DNA of 64,000 nucleotides from positions 17,714 through 81,713 of the forward strand of contig CAYTAR010000005.1 in assembly GCA_964436015.1 (NCBI GenBank), given 5' to 3'. Origin of the DNA: an uncultured Candidatus Saccharibacteria bacterium. Lineage in GTDB: Bacteria > Patescibacteriota > Minisyncoccia > Phycocordibacterales > GCA-2401445. This document shows positions 1 to 10,848 of this stretch, piece after piece. Made by a program: the position numbers and the translations under genes. How positions within the stretch are numbered: position 1 is the first letter of the stretch; every line of letters starts with the position of its first letter. The notes beneath the pieces are model-generated. The model saw only the letters and a program-made list of their open reading frames with translations, was not told the origin of the DNA and did not search any database.

Positions 1-617
1 ATATTGTAGACGCAGCTGTGTTCGTGAAAGATAAAGTAATTCCCATTGACTCAAAATTTTCTCTTGAGAACTATAACCGGCTATCAGAAACACGTGATGA
101 GACGGAGCGTGCTCGATTAGAGAAGGTGTTTGTATCTGACCTTAAAAACCGTATTACGGAAACTGCGAAATACATTAGACCTGAACACGGCACGACTGAT
201 TTTGCATTTATGTTTATTCCGCACGAGGCGATTTATTATGATTTGCTCGTGAATAAAGTAGGGGCGCTTCGTGAAGAGACTGAAAGTTTGATACAACGTG
301 CCGCAGGGAAGTACAAGGTAATTATTGTGTCTCCCACATCTTTCTTAGCGTACTTGCAAACGGTGCTTCAGGGACTTAAAGCGCTTGAGATAGAAGAGCG
401 TGCAACTGAGATCGTGAAGCGCGTAGGTGAGCTTGCGAAGCACTTGAAGGCGTACGAAGAGTACTATATGAAAATGGGTAATTCACTTGATACAGTGGTC
501 AACCAGTACAATCTTGGCGGAAAAGAGTTTAAAAAAATAGATAAAGATATTTTGCGTATTACAGGAGAAACGCCGTCGCTTATTGTGCAGGAAATTGACA
601 AAGTAGATAAAGATTAG
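1..617 (+). CDS. rmuC: DNA recombination protein RmuC, C-terminal part (5' end lies outside window)
   Basis: Reading frame open to the window edge; RmuC-like conserved block (DFAFMFIPHEAIYYDL); a terminator follows. Confidence 0.65.
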   Translation, partial: IVDAAVFVKDKVIPIDSKFSLENYNRLSETRDETERARLEKVFVSDLKNRITETAKYIRPEHGTTDFAFMFIPHEAIYYDLLVNKVGALREETESLIQRAAGKYKVIIVSPTSFLAYLQTVLQGLKALEIEERATEIVKRVGELAKHLKAYEEYYMKMGNSLDTVVNQYNLGGKEFKKIDKDILRITGETPSLIVQEIDKVDKD

Positions 618-729
618 TATTATTTTTTTGACTTTTTGCGTAAAGGAGGGTTCCTGACATATAAGCTACACCATGGTCCCCAATTCAACCTGGTGAATGA
701 ATAGTGCTAGACAATAGAGCAAAAAGTTA

Positions 730-756
730 GGCGCGACCAATGGTCGCGCCTTTTTT
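730..756 (+). terminator. rho-independent terminator downstream of rmuC
   Basis: GGCGCGACC-aatg-GTCGCGCC hairpin followed by TTTTTT. Confidence 0.6.
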
Positions 757-914
757 ACGCTCCGAGTACGGGAGCAGAATGAAGTACACAATGGTGAGCG
801 CGTACAGCGCGATTAGGGGTACAAAAATACACCAAAAACAAAGGGAAAATAATACTCGCTTCATAGTGAAATACAATCTGTATACAGCGTATATGATTGC
901 TCTTTATACGTCAA

Positions 915-1499
915 TTAGAACGGTAGTGTGTGTGTAAGTAGCGATTCCGCCTTTTCTTCCCATGTTTGGGTATTGAGGGGAATTGTTTTGATACTTCGTT
1001 TTATCCCAAGGTCAACGTATTTGAGTGCGTTATTTTTGCACGCGTAATCATACACCTGCTTAGTTATTTTTACGTCTTCTAAACAGTATTTAATCACTTT
1101 GTCCTTCTGTCCATTTCTCCACCAGGTGATAGCTTCAAGGCCGTGTCCAATTTTCTTTTTCCCAAGTGTCGCTTCAGCGATAGTATCAAGTTTAATTCTT
1201 CTACCGAGAACATTTTTTACTTCACGTAAAATGTCCAGACTTTTTATTGTGGTAAGGTCTCCGGGGTAGTACTTGTTGAGGAGGGGTATATCAAAGTGGT
1301 CAGAGTTAAATCCAATGAGCATGTCAGCTTCTTCAAGAATAGGCCAGAGTTTGGGGAAATCTTCTTGTAAGTAGGATGAATACTCATCGGTCTCCGAATC
1401 GTGAATACAGACTACTGAAATATCCAAATCTGCTGGGTTATTGCTACCAACTTCAGTGAAGATGTTGGAAGTTTCAACATCAAATGTTATTTTTCTCAT
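915..1499 (-). CDS. DEDD-family 3'-5' exonuclease (DnaQ-like fold)
   Basis: N-terminal FDVET acidic motif and later H..D motifs typical of DnaQ/RNase T-like exonucleases; 194 aa; its 3' end overlaps the hisS start. Confidence 0.55.
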   Translation of the reverse strand: MRKITFDVETSNIFTEVGSNNPADLDISVVCIHDSETDEYSSYLQEDFPKLWPILEEADMLIGFNSDHFDIPLLNKYYPGDLTTIKSLDILREVKNVLGRRIKLDTIAEATLGKKKIGHGLEAITWWRNGQKDKVIKYCLEDVKITKQVYDYACKNNALKYVDLGIKRSIKTIPLNTQTWEEKAESLLTHTLPF

Positions 1500-2751
1500 T
1501 CGTAATTTTTTTAGTAATTTCTAGTATGAGGGTGTTACGGTCTACATTTTCAAGAAAATTCTCATATCCTGCAGACTGGGAGAGAATTGAGCAGGAGAGG
1601 AGATTGCTCTTCTTTTCATTATCACCGATGCACATAATAATTTTCGTACCTCTTTTTCCTGCTTTTGCAATTTTATCGCTGATTTTTCTGTCAGTGTAGT
1701 CAACTTCAACATGCAACTTAGCATCTCTCAATTCATTCGCAATTTCATGTACAAGGCTGATATCTGAATCATCCATGGTAAGTATTGCAACATCTGCACT
1801 GCCTCCCGCTTTTTTAAGCATGTCACGTATTGAAAGTGTATCCCGTATGGTTACATCACCCATACCGAAGCCAACTGCAGGTATACGCTCATTATCAAAG
1901 AGTGCGGTGAGGTTGTCGTATCGTCCTCCGCCGAAGAGGGATCGGTTATTCTCAGGGTGGGTATCAAACACTTCAAATACTACTCCGGTGTAGTAGGTAA
2001 ACCCGCGCACCAATTCAGGCGTAAACACGACATTGTGTATCCCTCGTTCAGCAAGCATGCGCTCAAGTTCAACAATACGGTTACTTTTCGGCATATCAAG
2101 CGAAATCTTTTTTCCAAGTTTTTCCATCATGAGTCCATCAAAATCAGAAACTTTTGATTTTTTGTCTATCAAAGAGCGCGCGATTACGACCTCTTCAGGC
2201 GAGAGTCCTTGCTCCGCAAGAAATGTATCAAATGCTTCGCGGTCGTTTATCTTGATTACAAATGCGTCTTGGGAAAGTCCGAAGCGGGTAAGTATCGTAT
2301 GTGCAATTTCAATAATTTCCGCATCAGCGTGAAGCGTTGGAACTCCAAATATGTCAACGTTGAGTTGCCAGTGCTCACGCAGTCTTCCACGTTGCGGTCG
2401 CTCGTACCGGAACACGTTGGGAATTGAGTACCACCGAATAGGGAATCCAAGATCTCGTCTTTTTGCTGAAATCATGCGAGCAAGCGTTGGTGTCATTTCG
2501 GGTCTCAACGTAACCGAACGCTCACCACGGTCGGTAAATGTATACGTTTGCTCATTTACTATTTCATCGCTTGTTTTTGACCGATACAACTCTGAGGGTT
2601 CTAAAATAGATGCGCCATATTCAACATACCCAAATGATTCAACCGTCTTCCTCATAGTTTCAAAAAGATATTTTTGCACTGCCATATCATCAGGATAAAA
2701 GTCTCGCACCCCTTTGTACGGATCAGTGGGTAATTTGTGTTGCTCTTCCAT
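1480..2751 (-). CDS. hisS: histidyl-tRNA synthetase
   Basis: Class II aaRS motifs (RGFTYYTGVVFE, GGGRYDNL) and an anticodon-binding C-terminus. Confidence 0.9.
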   Translation of the reverse strand: MEEQHKLPTDPYKGVRDFYPDDMAVQKYLFETMRKTVESFGYVEYGASILEPSELYRSKTSDEIVNEQTYTFTDRGERSVTLRPEMTPTLARMISAKRRDLGFPIRWYSIPNVFRYERPQRGRLREHWQLNVDIFGVPTLHADAEIIEIAHTILTRFGLSQDAFVIKINDREAFDTFLAEQGLSPEEVVIARSLIDKKSKVSDFDGLMMEKLGKKISLDMPKSNRIVELERMLAERGIHNVVFTPELVRGFTYYTGVVFEVFDTHPENNRSLFGGGRYDNLTALFDNERIPAVGFGMGDVTIRDTLSIRDMLKKAGGSADVAILTMDDSDISLVHEIANELRDAKLHVEVDYTDRKISDKIAKAGKRGTKIIMCIGDNEKKSNLLSCSILSQSAGYENFLENVDRNTLILEITKKITNEKNNI

Positions 2752-2781
2752 AATGTGCTTATTTTATCTAATATACACAGT

Positions 2782-3528
2782 ATGAACAAGGTAGAGCCAT
2801 TTTGGAAGTTATACGGAGAGACGCCAAAGCAAGCACTAGAGCGTTTCAGGGTGAGTTACGGAGTAGAGGACTCTATACCACTTTCGTACGCGGGAAGGCT
2901 TGACCCTCTCGCAGAAGGGGTGTTGCTCGTACTTGTAGGAGAGGGAAATAAAGAGCGGGAGCGGTATCTCAACCTTCCAAAAACATACGAGTATGAGTTA
3001 GTGTTTGGGATTGAAACCGATACCCATGATGTATTAGGCATCCCGCGAGTAAGAGATATGAGTATGGTTGAAGGTAAGGCGGTTGAGGAGTGGCTACAGG
3101 GAACCAAGGGAGATATCGTACAGACGTACCCCGCATTCTCTTCAAAACCTTTCAAAGGCATGCCACTCTTTATGCACGCAAAAGCAGGTACGGTGAGTAA
3201 TGATGAATTACCCGAGCACTCCGTAACAGTGTATTCACACACACTGATTGATATGTCTGTTGTTGGAGGAGATATGATACTTTCAAAAGCATTACATGCC
3301 ACCGGAATGGTTTCGGGTGAATTTAGGCAAAATTTAATAGCAGAAAAATGGAATGAACTTGCGCCGGTAATATCACATAAGAATTTTTCCATTGCACGTA
3401 TTCAACTTACTTGCGGAAGTGGTACGTACGTGCGCGCGTTTGCTCGCGATATTGGCGAGGCGCTCGGTGTTGGAGCATTTGCGTTTCGCATTGTACGAAC
3501 TGCGGTTGGAGAATACACTGTGCGATGA
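2782..3528 (+). CDS. TruB-family tRNA pseudouridine synthase paralog (second copy in window)
   Basis: GRLDPLAEGVLLVLVGE catalytic-Asp block and SGTYVRAFARDIGEALG motif resemble TruB; the internal ATG at 2782 avoids overlap with hisS. Confidence 0.6.
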   Translation: MNKVEPFWKLYGETPKQALERFRVSYGVEDSIPLSYAGRLDPLAEGVLLVLVGEGNKERERYLNLPKTYEYELVFGIETDTHDVLGIPRVRDMSMVEGKAVEEWLQGTKGDIVQTYPAFSSKPFKGMPLFMHAKAGTVSNDELPEHSVTVYSHTLIDMSVVGGDMILSKALHATGMVSGEFRQNLIAEKWNELAPVISHKNFSIARIQLTCGSGTYVRAFARDIGEALGVGAFAFRIVRTAVGEYTVR

Positions 3529-3573
3529 GCATGTTCTATGTTAGAATGCCCTCAATTATAAGTAACATAGCGT

Positions 3574-4596
3574 ATGACAAAAAAATTAGATATTGTAGCG
3601 ACCATCGGTCCGGCATCAGAAACACCAGATATGCTTGAAGCGATGCATGACGCGGGAATGACCATTGCTCGATTAAACTTCTCACACGGAACAATTGATA
3701 CACATCAAAGAATTTTAAATGCAGTACGAGAGGTGTGTGCAAGCGGAAAGGAAATTAAAATATTACAAGATTTGAGTGGACCAAAGATTCGCATCGGAGA
3801 TTTTTATCAGCCGGTGGTAGTTCTTAAGGAAGGTGATATGTTTGTACTTACCACTGAGGAGTGTGTAGGAAATGAACATCGTGCATACATAAATTACCCA
3901 AAATTGCCTGAAGAGGTATCCATTGGTAACCACATTCTTCTTGATGATGGAAAAAAGAAATTGAAGGTAACCCACATAGAGGGAACTGAAGTGCACACCA
4001 TTATTGAGGTAGGCGGAGAGACAAAGGGAAGAAGAGGGGTGAATATTCCAGAGGCGAATCTTACTATCAGGTCACTTACTGAAAAGGATAAGAGTGATGT
4101 GTTGTTTGGAATACAGAATAATGTTGAGTATATTGCATTTTCATTTGTCAGAAAGCCAGAGGATGTTGATGAGCTTCGGGCAATACTTGATGAACATAAA
4201 AGTAATGCAAAGATTATTGCGAAAATTGAAACACTTGAGGTGCTACAGCATTTAGATGAGGTGATTGAGAAGTCAGATGGAATAATGGTTGCGCGCGGAG
4301 ATTTGGCGGTTGAAGTTGGATTTGCAAAAGTTCCTTTAATTCAGAAAGATTTAATATGGCGCGCAAATAAAGCTGGTAAGTTTGTTATCACTGCGACACA
4401 GATGCTTGAATCAATGATCAATTCTCCTGTGCCAACTCGAGCAGAAGTGAGTGATGTTGCAAATAGTATTTTAGATGGAACAGATGCGGTAATGCTCTCT
4501 GAGGAGTCTGCATTGGGGAAACACCCAGTAAAAGCAGTTTCTGTTTTTACGGCTATATACAACGAAGTTTCGCATAAATTGGAGGAAAAAGCGTAA
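3574..4596 (+). CDS. pyk: pyruvate kinase, short form lacking the C-terminal regulatory domain
   Basis: N-terminal IGPAS block, K/R catalytic region and [10 protein letters not shown] motif; only 340 aa. Confidence 0.85.
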   Translation: MTKKLDIVATIGPASETPDMLEAMHDAGMTIARLNFSHGTIDTHQRILNAVREVCASGKEIKILQDLSGPKIRIGDFYQPVVVLKEGDMFVLTTEECVGNEHRAYINYPKLPEEVSIGNHILLDDGKKKLKVTHIEGTEVHTIIEVGGETKGRRGVNIPEANLTIRSLTEKDKSDVLFGIQNNVEYIAFSFVRKPEDVDELRAILDEHKSNAKIIAKIETLEVLQHLDEVIEKSDGIMVARGDLAVEVGFAKVPLIQKDLIWRANKAGKFVITATQMLESMINSPVPTRAEVSDVANSILDGTDAVMLSEESALGKHPVKAVSVFTAIYNEVSHKLEEKA

Positions 4597-4603
4597 GAAA
4601 AAC

Positions 4604-4631
4604 TTGCATATAATTTTGTTTGTGGTATACT
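4604..4631 (+). promoter_or_regulatory. sigma70-like promoter upstream of the RRM protein gene
   Basis: TTGCAT - 16 nt - TATACT located about 80 nt upstream of the ATG at 4715. Confidence 0.4.
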
Positions 4632-4714
4632 ATTTGTGTAGATAATCTCTGTGCTCCTCTAATGTAGGGTGTTCAAGAGAGGTCGCTCTACGTTTTAGCA
4701 AGGAATTTCAAAGT

Positions 4715-4975
4715 ATGGCAAAGAAACTATACGTTGGTGGTATTCCATATCGTACATCAGAAGATGCTCTCAAGGCACACTTCGGACAATATGGTGAAGT
4801 GGTAAACGCTTCAATACTTACTGACAAAGTAACAGGCCGTTCTCGAGGATTCGGATTCGTCGAAATGGCGAATGACGATGAGGCGCAAAAAGCAATTGAT
4901 GCACTCAACGGAACTGAGTTCGAAGGACGAAACCTTACAGTCAATGAGGCACGACCTCGCCCAGAGCGAGCGTAA
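4715..4975 (+). CDS. RNA-binding protein with RRM domain
   Basis: KLYVGGIPY (RNP2) and RGFGFVEM (RNP1) motifs; 86 aa. Confidence 0.85.
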   Translation: MAKKLYVGGIPYRTSEDALKAHFGQYGEVVNASILTDKVTGRSRGFGFVEMANDDEAQKAIDALNGTEFEGRNLTVNEARPRPERA

Positions 4976-4983
4976 TGCAAACA

Positions 4984-5010
4984 AAAAAACCGTTTCGGCG
5001 GTTTTTTTGT
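4984..5010 (+). terminator. rho-independent terminator
   Basis: AAACCG-tttcg-GCGGTTT hairpin followed by TTTTTT, directly after the RRM gene stop. Confidence 0.6.
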
Positions 5011-5039
5011 TTGGGTACTTTTACGGTACAATAGTGAGT

Positions 5040-5285
5040 ATGGAGAATCTTGCGCTCGCGATGACTGTAGTAGAACGCATGCACGAGGGTGTGCTGTGGT
5101 TGGTGTTTTTTATAGTGTTGTTTCTATACGCAATTGCAACGACGATTCTGGTGTACCATTGGCACAAGTATGGACTTGAAGGTGACCGAACTTTGGTACG
5201 TGTCGGATATTTTTACGGAGCACTTTCACTATCTCTTATACTGATAGCGGGAGTTTCATTATATATGATGTATATGCCGGTATGA
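5040..5285 (+). CDS. small membrane protein (YdbS-like partner of the PH-domain protein)
   Basis: Internal ATG after the terminator; two predicted TM helices; overlaps the next gene by 4 nt. Confidence 0.45.
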   Translation: MENLALAMTVVERMHEGVLWLVFFIVLFLYAIATTILVYHWHKYGLEGDRTLVRVGYFYGALSLSLILIAGVSLYMMYMPV

Positions 5286-5806
5286 TAGGAATGTATAATT
5301 TGGAAGAATCGGAAGTAGTATTAAAAATTGTCAGAAGGCATTGGTTTATTATGCTCGGTGAAGTTGTGGGCGTACTGCTTGCAATCGTAACTCCTCTCGC
5401 ACTACTTTTTTTTATTGATAAGTATACAACTGAAACAATTGAGGTGTTAACTAATACATATCTCATTCTGTTTGTGTATGCATTATGGATACTGGTAGTA
5501 ATAATACAAGCAGCGTTTGCATGGACTAACTATTATTTTGATATGTGGATCATTACCAGTAAGCGCATTATCCACGTTGAACAGAAAGCAATGTTCAGTA
5601 GAGTGATGTCTAGTTTTAGGTTGGAGCGAATACAGGATGTAACCGTGGACATACACGGACTCTTCCATACCGTGTTTGATTTTGGGGATATTCAAGTACA
5701 GACTGCTGGGGCGGAACGAAAATTTATTTTGGAGACAGCGCCTAATCCAAACGAACTTAGAGATTTTATTCTCAAATTACATACACAAAAAATGGGGGAA
5801 GCATAG
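5282..5806 (+). CDS. membrane protein with bacterial PH (bPH_2/YdbT-like) domain
   Basis: Two N-terminal TM helices followed by a region resembling bPH_2 (IITSKRIIHVEQ...FDFGDIQVQT). Confidence 0.55.
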   Translation: MIGMYNLEESEVVLKIVRRHWFIMLGEVVGVLLAIVTPLALLFFIDKYTTETIEVLTNTYLILFVYALWILVVIIQAAFAWTNYYFDMWIITSKRIIHVEQKAMFSRVMSSFRLERIQDVTVDIHGLFHTVFDFGDIQVQTAGAERKFILETAPNPNELRDFILKLHTQKMGEA

Positions 5807-5847
5807 TTTTTTGAATAGAAAGCGGCAGAGGGTATCCTCTGCCGTTG

Positions 5848-6033
5848 CTATGATGCGTGCTTTTGTGGGACACGCTCCAAGTCGTTGGGCGCACATACGC
5901 GTGTACTTCCATCATTGAAGAATACTTTGAGCATTCCTGATGAGTGTAGTACTTTTTCTACACGTCCTCGCCTGCGGGGCTTTCTTTTTTCAACGACTTC
6001 GGTTCCCTCAAAGAACAGAAGGTATGAGTCCAT
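5848..6033 (-). CDS. hypothetical small protein downstream of the RND pump
   Basis: 61-aa ORF on the same strand 47 nt after acrB-like stop; basic N-terminus; no recognisable domain. Confidence 0.25.
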   Translation of the reverse strand: MDSYLLFFEGTEVVEKRKPRRRGRVEKVLHSSGMLKVFFNDGSTRVCAPNDLERVPQKHAS

Positions 6034-6080
6034 AGATTTCCTTTCATTCAGGGTTTACTTAACTATAGCACAAGAATATT

Positions 6081-9000
6081 CTACTGTGTTGTAGTTCCCG
6101 AGTACCGGTAATAGAGAATAGGGATAAGAAGGAGTGTTAATACAGTTACAAAAGAAAGACCGAACATAATGGTATACGCGAGTGGTCCCCATATATCTGA
6201 GGCAAACAAGAGAGGTATTACACCAATTACGGTGGTGATAGTTGTAAGAAGGACGGGGCGTAGACGAGCGGTGCTTCCTGCAATAACTGCATCAAGAAGT
6301 TTTTCTTCAGGATGACTCCTACGCTCTCTATTGATTGAATCAATGAGGATAATAGCGTTATTCACTACAATTCCCGCAAGAGTAATGAATCCAAGAAGAG
6401 AAGGGAATGAGAGTGCGCGTCCGGTGATAGCAAGACCGCTCAACACTCCAATTGAGGTGAGTGGAACTATTGAGAGTATGAACGCGGTTTGTTTGAATGA
6501 GTTGAATTGGAGCACGAGAATTGAGAGCATAAGAATCAGTCCAAATATCAAAGCAAAGAACATATCAATGAAGGATTCTGTTTGTTCTTCATTTTCTCCA
6601 CCAACTCGTATCATTACTCCATCGGGAAGAGTCTGTTGTTCAATTTGTTCAAGGAATGTTGTATTGATTTCACGTAAGTTTGATCCAGCGGTAATATCCG
6701 CACTCAGTGTCGCTACGCGAAGTCGGTCCTCGTGTTGGATGCTGGTCGGACTTTTTTGAAGCTCAATCGTAACGAGCGATCCTAGGAGCACTGTATTGCC
6801 TGTTGGTGTTTTGATTGGTAATTCACGAAGTCTATCAATACTTACTTGTGTCAATTCATTGACTGTTCGGTAGTTTTGATTGAGATTTGCACGCACCACC
6901 ACATCGCTGTCAGTGTCGCCGGTACGGACGCTTGATACAATGGTACCGCTCACTGCTGTTCGTAGCGTTTCCGCGACGGCTAATGGAGATAATCCGACAG
7001 CGGTTACCCGGTCTCGACGAATGCGTAGCGCAAACTCAGTGCCATCGTTTTGAGTGCTTGTAACAACATCGGTAACTCCTGAAATATCTGAAAGCACCGC
7101 TGATGCGGTTTGAATTGCTGACTCTAAGTCTTGCGTGTTGTTTCCAGAGAAAGTAATTACAATAGGTTTTCCAGTTGGAGGTCCATTGCTTGCTTGCGAA
7201 ACACGTACGGTGACATTAGTGATATTTTTTAAATCGTTTCTAAGCAAATCAACTACTTCACTACTCGTTATGTCACGTTCCGGATACAAGTTGATGGTAA
7301 TATTTGCCAACTTGCTGTTGACACCACCTCCACCAACGAAATTACTTCCTTCGCCAACAGTGGTAATGAATGATTCAACGTACGGGTTGGTGTATAGCAC
7401 TTCTTCAACTGCGCGTGTAGCTAAATCTGTTTGCTCAAGTACGGTCCCCTCAGGTTTCTCAATGGTAATGAAAATAAAATCTTCGTTACTCTGAGGGAAG
7501 AATATCACGGTTACAATTCCGAATATTGGGAACGTAAGGGTAATAATGAATAGAATAATCAGAGTCGCAAAAAAAGAATTTTGTTTTTTGCGATTAGTAA
7601 GATATGTTGCAAGAACATTTTTATACGCATTCTGGAATTTATGTGTGTATGCTTCCTGCGCCACTTCAATACGTGAAGTGGTCCTTCTCCTAAGGAAGAG
7701 AGATGCGATAAGTGGAATAATTGCGAGTGCCACAAAGAGTGATGCGGTGAGAACGAAAATAATAGTGAAGGGAATACTCGCGATGAATTGACCAGTAATT
7801 CCAGATATAAAGAAGAGTGGGAAAAACACCGCCACGGTTGTCATTGTTCCTGAAATAAGTGGCCAAGAATACTCTTGAATTGTTTCAAGAGCGGATTGTT
7901 TTTTATCATTCCACTCTTTCAATTTTCCATGCATTGCTTCGGTTACTACAATTGCAGAGTCTACCAATATACCGACAGCGAGAATGAGGGAGAAGAGAGA
8001 GATGAAATTTATGGTATTTCCTGATGCTTCAAGTCCAATAAAAGAAAGTAGAAATGAGAGGGGAATAGCAAGCCCCGCAACAAGTGACTCTCTCCATCCG
8101 ATGGTGAGAAGCAGTAATCCGATTACCAGTAGTACGGTTTGCATACCGCTTGTGGTGAGGTTGCTCAAGTCTCTCCTGATGAACTCTGCTGAATTGAAAA
8201 AGATGAGTGCAGAGCTACCGTCAAGTGTAGTCGCGGTGAGTTCTTCTATTCTTTTTTCTACCGAATCAGCAACGTCAAGAACGCTCGTTCCTCGATTCTT
8301 AAAAATCGCGAAAAGTATTGCCTGTTCAGAGGGAGTATTCTCAATACTCAATCGAGCGAGTGTGCGCATTTTTGAAATATCGTCTGCAATGACCGCTATG
8401 TCTCGGAGAAAGACTACTCCACCACTTGGGGTTCTAAATGTAATACGTTCAAATTCTTCCGCGGTGTTAATATCCGCATCAAAACAAACGGTATAGGTTA
8501 TACCGTTTGTTTCAATGGTTCCGATTGGAATAGTGATGTCGTGTGAGCGGATGCCTGCGGTGATATCACCTAAGGTGAGGTTGAACTGTTGCAGTTTGTT
8601 AGTATCAACGATAACACTTATTTCTCGTGGCGCAGTACCGCTCACTGATACACGCGATACTCCCGGGAGCGACTGTAGATCGCTCTTGAGTTGGGTACCG
8701 ATGTCAGTTAACTCGATTCGTGACGCATCACTTGAAAGCGCAATATAGAGAATTGGCTGGTCAGCAAAGTTAACATCTGTTACTGAGGGGCTTTCTGCGT
8801 CTCGGGGAAGTGTATTCTTTATCTTCTCAACCTCATCTTTCAGTTTATTGATTGATTCATCTATGGGAGCGGTTGCGATATACTCAACCGTGATTGACGA
8901 TACACTCTCCCGCGATACTGAAGATATTTTTTTTACATTCTCAAGGTTTGCAAGCCCATCTTCAAGTGGATTTGTGATTAGTTTTTCCACATCTTCTGCG

Positions 9001-9185
9001 GATGCATTGGGAAGTATGGTGGTAACAATACCGATAGGAATCTGCACTTCAGGAGCAGATTCTTTTGGGATTTGGAAGAGTGATGAAATACCAAGTATGA
9101 TAAGCACCGCAAGAAGCAGGAGGGTGAACTGTTTCTTTTGTATGAAGAATGACCAAATAGCAATCATAGTATTATTCTGATACAA
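6081..9185 (-). CDS. RND family efflux transporter permease (AcrB/AcrD-like)
   Basis: 1034 aa with 12-TM/periplasmic-loop architecture and AcrB-like conserved blocks; start overlaps the MFP gene. Confidence 0.9.
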   Translation of the reverse strand: MYQNNTMIAIWSFFIQKKQFTLLLLAVLIILGISSLFQIPKESAPEVQIPIGIVTTILPNASAEDVEKLITNPLEDGLANLENVKKISSVSRESVSSITVEYIATAPIDESINKLKDEVEKIKNTLPRDAESPSVTDVNFADQPILYIALSSDASRIELTDIGTQLKSDLQSLPGVSRVSVSGTAPREISVIVDTNKLQQFNLTLGDITAGIRSHDITIPIGTIETNGITYTVCFDADINTAEEFERITFRTPSGGVVFLRDIAVIADDISKMRTLARLSIENTPSEQAILFAIFKNRGTSVLDVADSVEKRIEELTATTLDGSSALIFFNSAEFIRRDLSNLTTSGMQTVLLVIGLLLLTIGWRESLVAGLAIPLSFLLSFIGLEASGNTINFISLFSLILAVGILVDSAIVVTEAMHGKLKEWNDKKQSALETIQEYSWPLISGTMTTVAVFFPLFFISGITGQFIASIPFTIIFVLTASLFVALAIIPLIASLFLRRRTTSRIEVAQEAYTHKFQNAYKNVLATYLTNRKKQNSFFATLIILFIITLTFPIFGIVTVIFFPQSNEDFIFITIEKPEGTVLEQTDLATRAVEEVLYTNPYVESFITTVGEGSNFVGGGGVNSKLANITINLYPERDITSSEVVDLLRNDLKNITNVTVRVSQASNGPPTGKPIVITFSGNNTQDLESAIQTASAVLSDISGVTDVVTSTQNDGTEFALRIRRDRVTAVGLSPLAVAETLRTAVSGTIVSSVRTGDTDSDVVVRANLNQNYRTVNELTQVSIDRLRELPIKTPTGNTVLLGSLVTIELQKSPTSIQHEDRLRVATLSADITAGSNLREINTTFLEQIEQQTLPDGVMIRVGGENEEQTESFIDMFFALIFGLILMLSILVLQFNSFKQTAFILSIVPLTSIGVLSGLAITGRALSFPSLLGFITLAGIVVNNAIILIDSINRERRSHPEEKLLDAVIAGSTARLRPVLLTTITTVIGVIPLLFASDIWGPLAYTIMFGLSFVTVLTLLLIPILYYRYSGTTTQ

Positions 9186-10767
9186 CAGTTACGTTGTCAC
9201 CCTCATTCAATCCTCGAGCATCTGTAACGATGCGTACTGAGCTTGGAATATTGCGCACTTGAGCGGTATCGCCAAGTATTTTTTCAACGAACACTGGGTG
9301 TGCTATGAGTGTGTTCTTTTCACTTACTGAAAATACAACCGTGTCATTGAATCTCACTTTGAGAGCGGAAAGGGGAAGAGTAGACACTTCGTTTGTTTGA
9401 GAAGAGGCTTCAACCATACGCTCAATAGTTACCGGTACGGTACTATTGATGAATAACGAAGGTGAGCTTTCAGTGAGCGCTATGCGCACCTCTCTTTTGC
9501 CCTCTATGGTGAGTGCTGGGCTAATGTATGACACTATTCCTTGGTATGTGCCATCAATAAGTGCGCGTGCACCCACATTGATCACTGCTCCTTCTTGTTC
9601 ACTAACATACGTAACAACTGATGGGTATTCATCTCCAATCACATTTACAATAACGTCATTCTGGTTTACGAATGTTCCTAGTCTAATTGACATGTCATTC
9701 AACACTCCGGTTATCGGACTTCGAACGAGTGTGTAGCCAAGTGAGATCTGTGCATCACGTACTCCAGCACGGGCTTGCTCCACGCTCGCTTCTGCAGAAA
9801 GAACATCTTCGTTTTCTGCTCCAGTGACACCGAGTGCTCGCTCCTGCTCTGCGATCGCAAATGATGTTTCAGTATTTACAAAAGTGTTACGCGCTTGCGC
9901 GACTAGAGTAAGTGCACTTGTAATACTTGTTCGAGATGATTGCATGCTTGCTTTGTATCCATCAAGAGTAGATTGTGTCCTTTCACTGTCCGGAGTAAGT
10001 TCTGAAACTACCTGTGAGAGTGTATTTACAAAATTTACCAACATGTCTAAGTCTGACTCTGCGGTGTGCATGAGAGGGATAAAGGAGTCATTAGCTGGCC
10101 TCATCAAAAGTGTGTTCTCCCAGAAAGACAAACGTCCCTCAATTAAAATTCGTTCTGCTTCTAGGTTAATTTTTGTTTGGTAACTAGCGACGGGTATCGT
10201 GAGAGTAGGGTAGGTAGTTTTTGGGTTACTAAAAAAAATATCAGACTTGTTCCGTATCGCATCATCGATTGATATATATGCACTTCGAAGAGAGTTGTAG
10301 ATTCCATCAAGTGCTTGTTCTCGGTTTGCTACCGCTTGTTGATACCTGATCTCAATGATTTCAGTACGAGCAACTCCACTTTGACCAGTAAGTTTTGCAA
10401 GCATGGATTCTGCTTGTGTGAGAGCCGCTTCTGCGCGTGCAAGGGAAGCGTACTCACGTTCATTTTCAATTTCCGCGATAAGTGTACCAGCAGATACCTT
10501 GTCACCACGGTTTTTATAGATTCGGGTAATTATTCCAGTTTTTCGTGCGCGTACCGTTGCGTCAGTAGCTGATTCAACCACACCGCTTGTCTCAAGTGCT
10601 ACTGCTTGAGCAAAATCTACGGGAAAACGCACGAGTACCGAACGGGTAGTGTCGGTTGCAGAAGAGGTATTTTCATTGCCATTTCCGCGGACAATCAATG
10701 AAATAAGCACAATACCTGCGAGTATTGCTATGATGAGAATTTTTCTGCGTTGTATGAATGCAACCAT
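9172..10767 (-). CDS. efflux RND periplasmic adaptor (HlyD/membrane fusion protein family)
   Basis: N-terminal TM, coiled-coil region and barrel-sandwich hybrid motifs (GDKVSAGTLIAEIE); lies upstream of the RND permease. Confidence 0.75.
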   Translation of the reverse strand: MVAFIQRRKILIIAILAGIVLISLIVRGNGNENTSSATDTTRSVLVRFPVDFAQAVALETSGVVESATDATVRARKTGIITRIYKNRGDKVSAGTLIAEIENEREYASLARAEAALTQAESMLAKLTGQSGVARTEIIEIRYQQAVANREQALDGIYNSLRSAYISIDDAIRNKSDIFFSNPKTTYPTLTIPVASYQTKINLEAERILIEGRLSFWENTLLMRPANDSFIPLMHTAESDLDMLVNFVNTLSQVVSELTPDSERTQSTLDGYKASMQSSRTSITSALTLVAQARNTFVNTETSFAIAEQERALGVTGAENEDVLSAEASVEQARAGVRDAQISLGYTLVRSPITGVLNDMSIRLGTFVNQNDVIVNVIGDEYPSVVTYVSEQEGAVINVGARALIDGTYQGIVSYISPALTIEGKREVRIALTESSPSLFINSTVPVTIERMVEASSQTNEVSTLPLSALKVRFNDTVVFSVSEKNTLIAHPVFVEKILGDTAQVRNIPSSVRIVTDARGLNEGDNVTVVSE

Positions 10768-10848
10768 AGATAAAGTAGTAACTATTTGATAGTCTTATAT
10801 GTATAAAGAAAACGAGAGAATTTTAGCACAATTTTATATTTTAGTCAA

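Noticed and set aside
740-937. 65-aa ORF starting inside the rmuC terminator
   Set aside because: It begins within the hairpin, has no RBS and an odd composition. It is likely non-coding intergenic sequence.
4872-5039. N-terminal extension of the 5040 membrane-protein ORF overlapping the RRM gene and its terminator
   Set aside because: It would read through a strong intrinsic terminator and overlap a well-supported gene. The internal ATG at 5040 was chosen.
6331-8496. Several 80-170-aa + strand ORFs (6331..6759, 7135..7494, 7984..8496) inside the RND permease gene
   Set aside because: They are entirely antisense to a confidently identified 1034-aa gene, have low-complexity Ser/Thr-rich translations and no signals. 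They are spurious.
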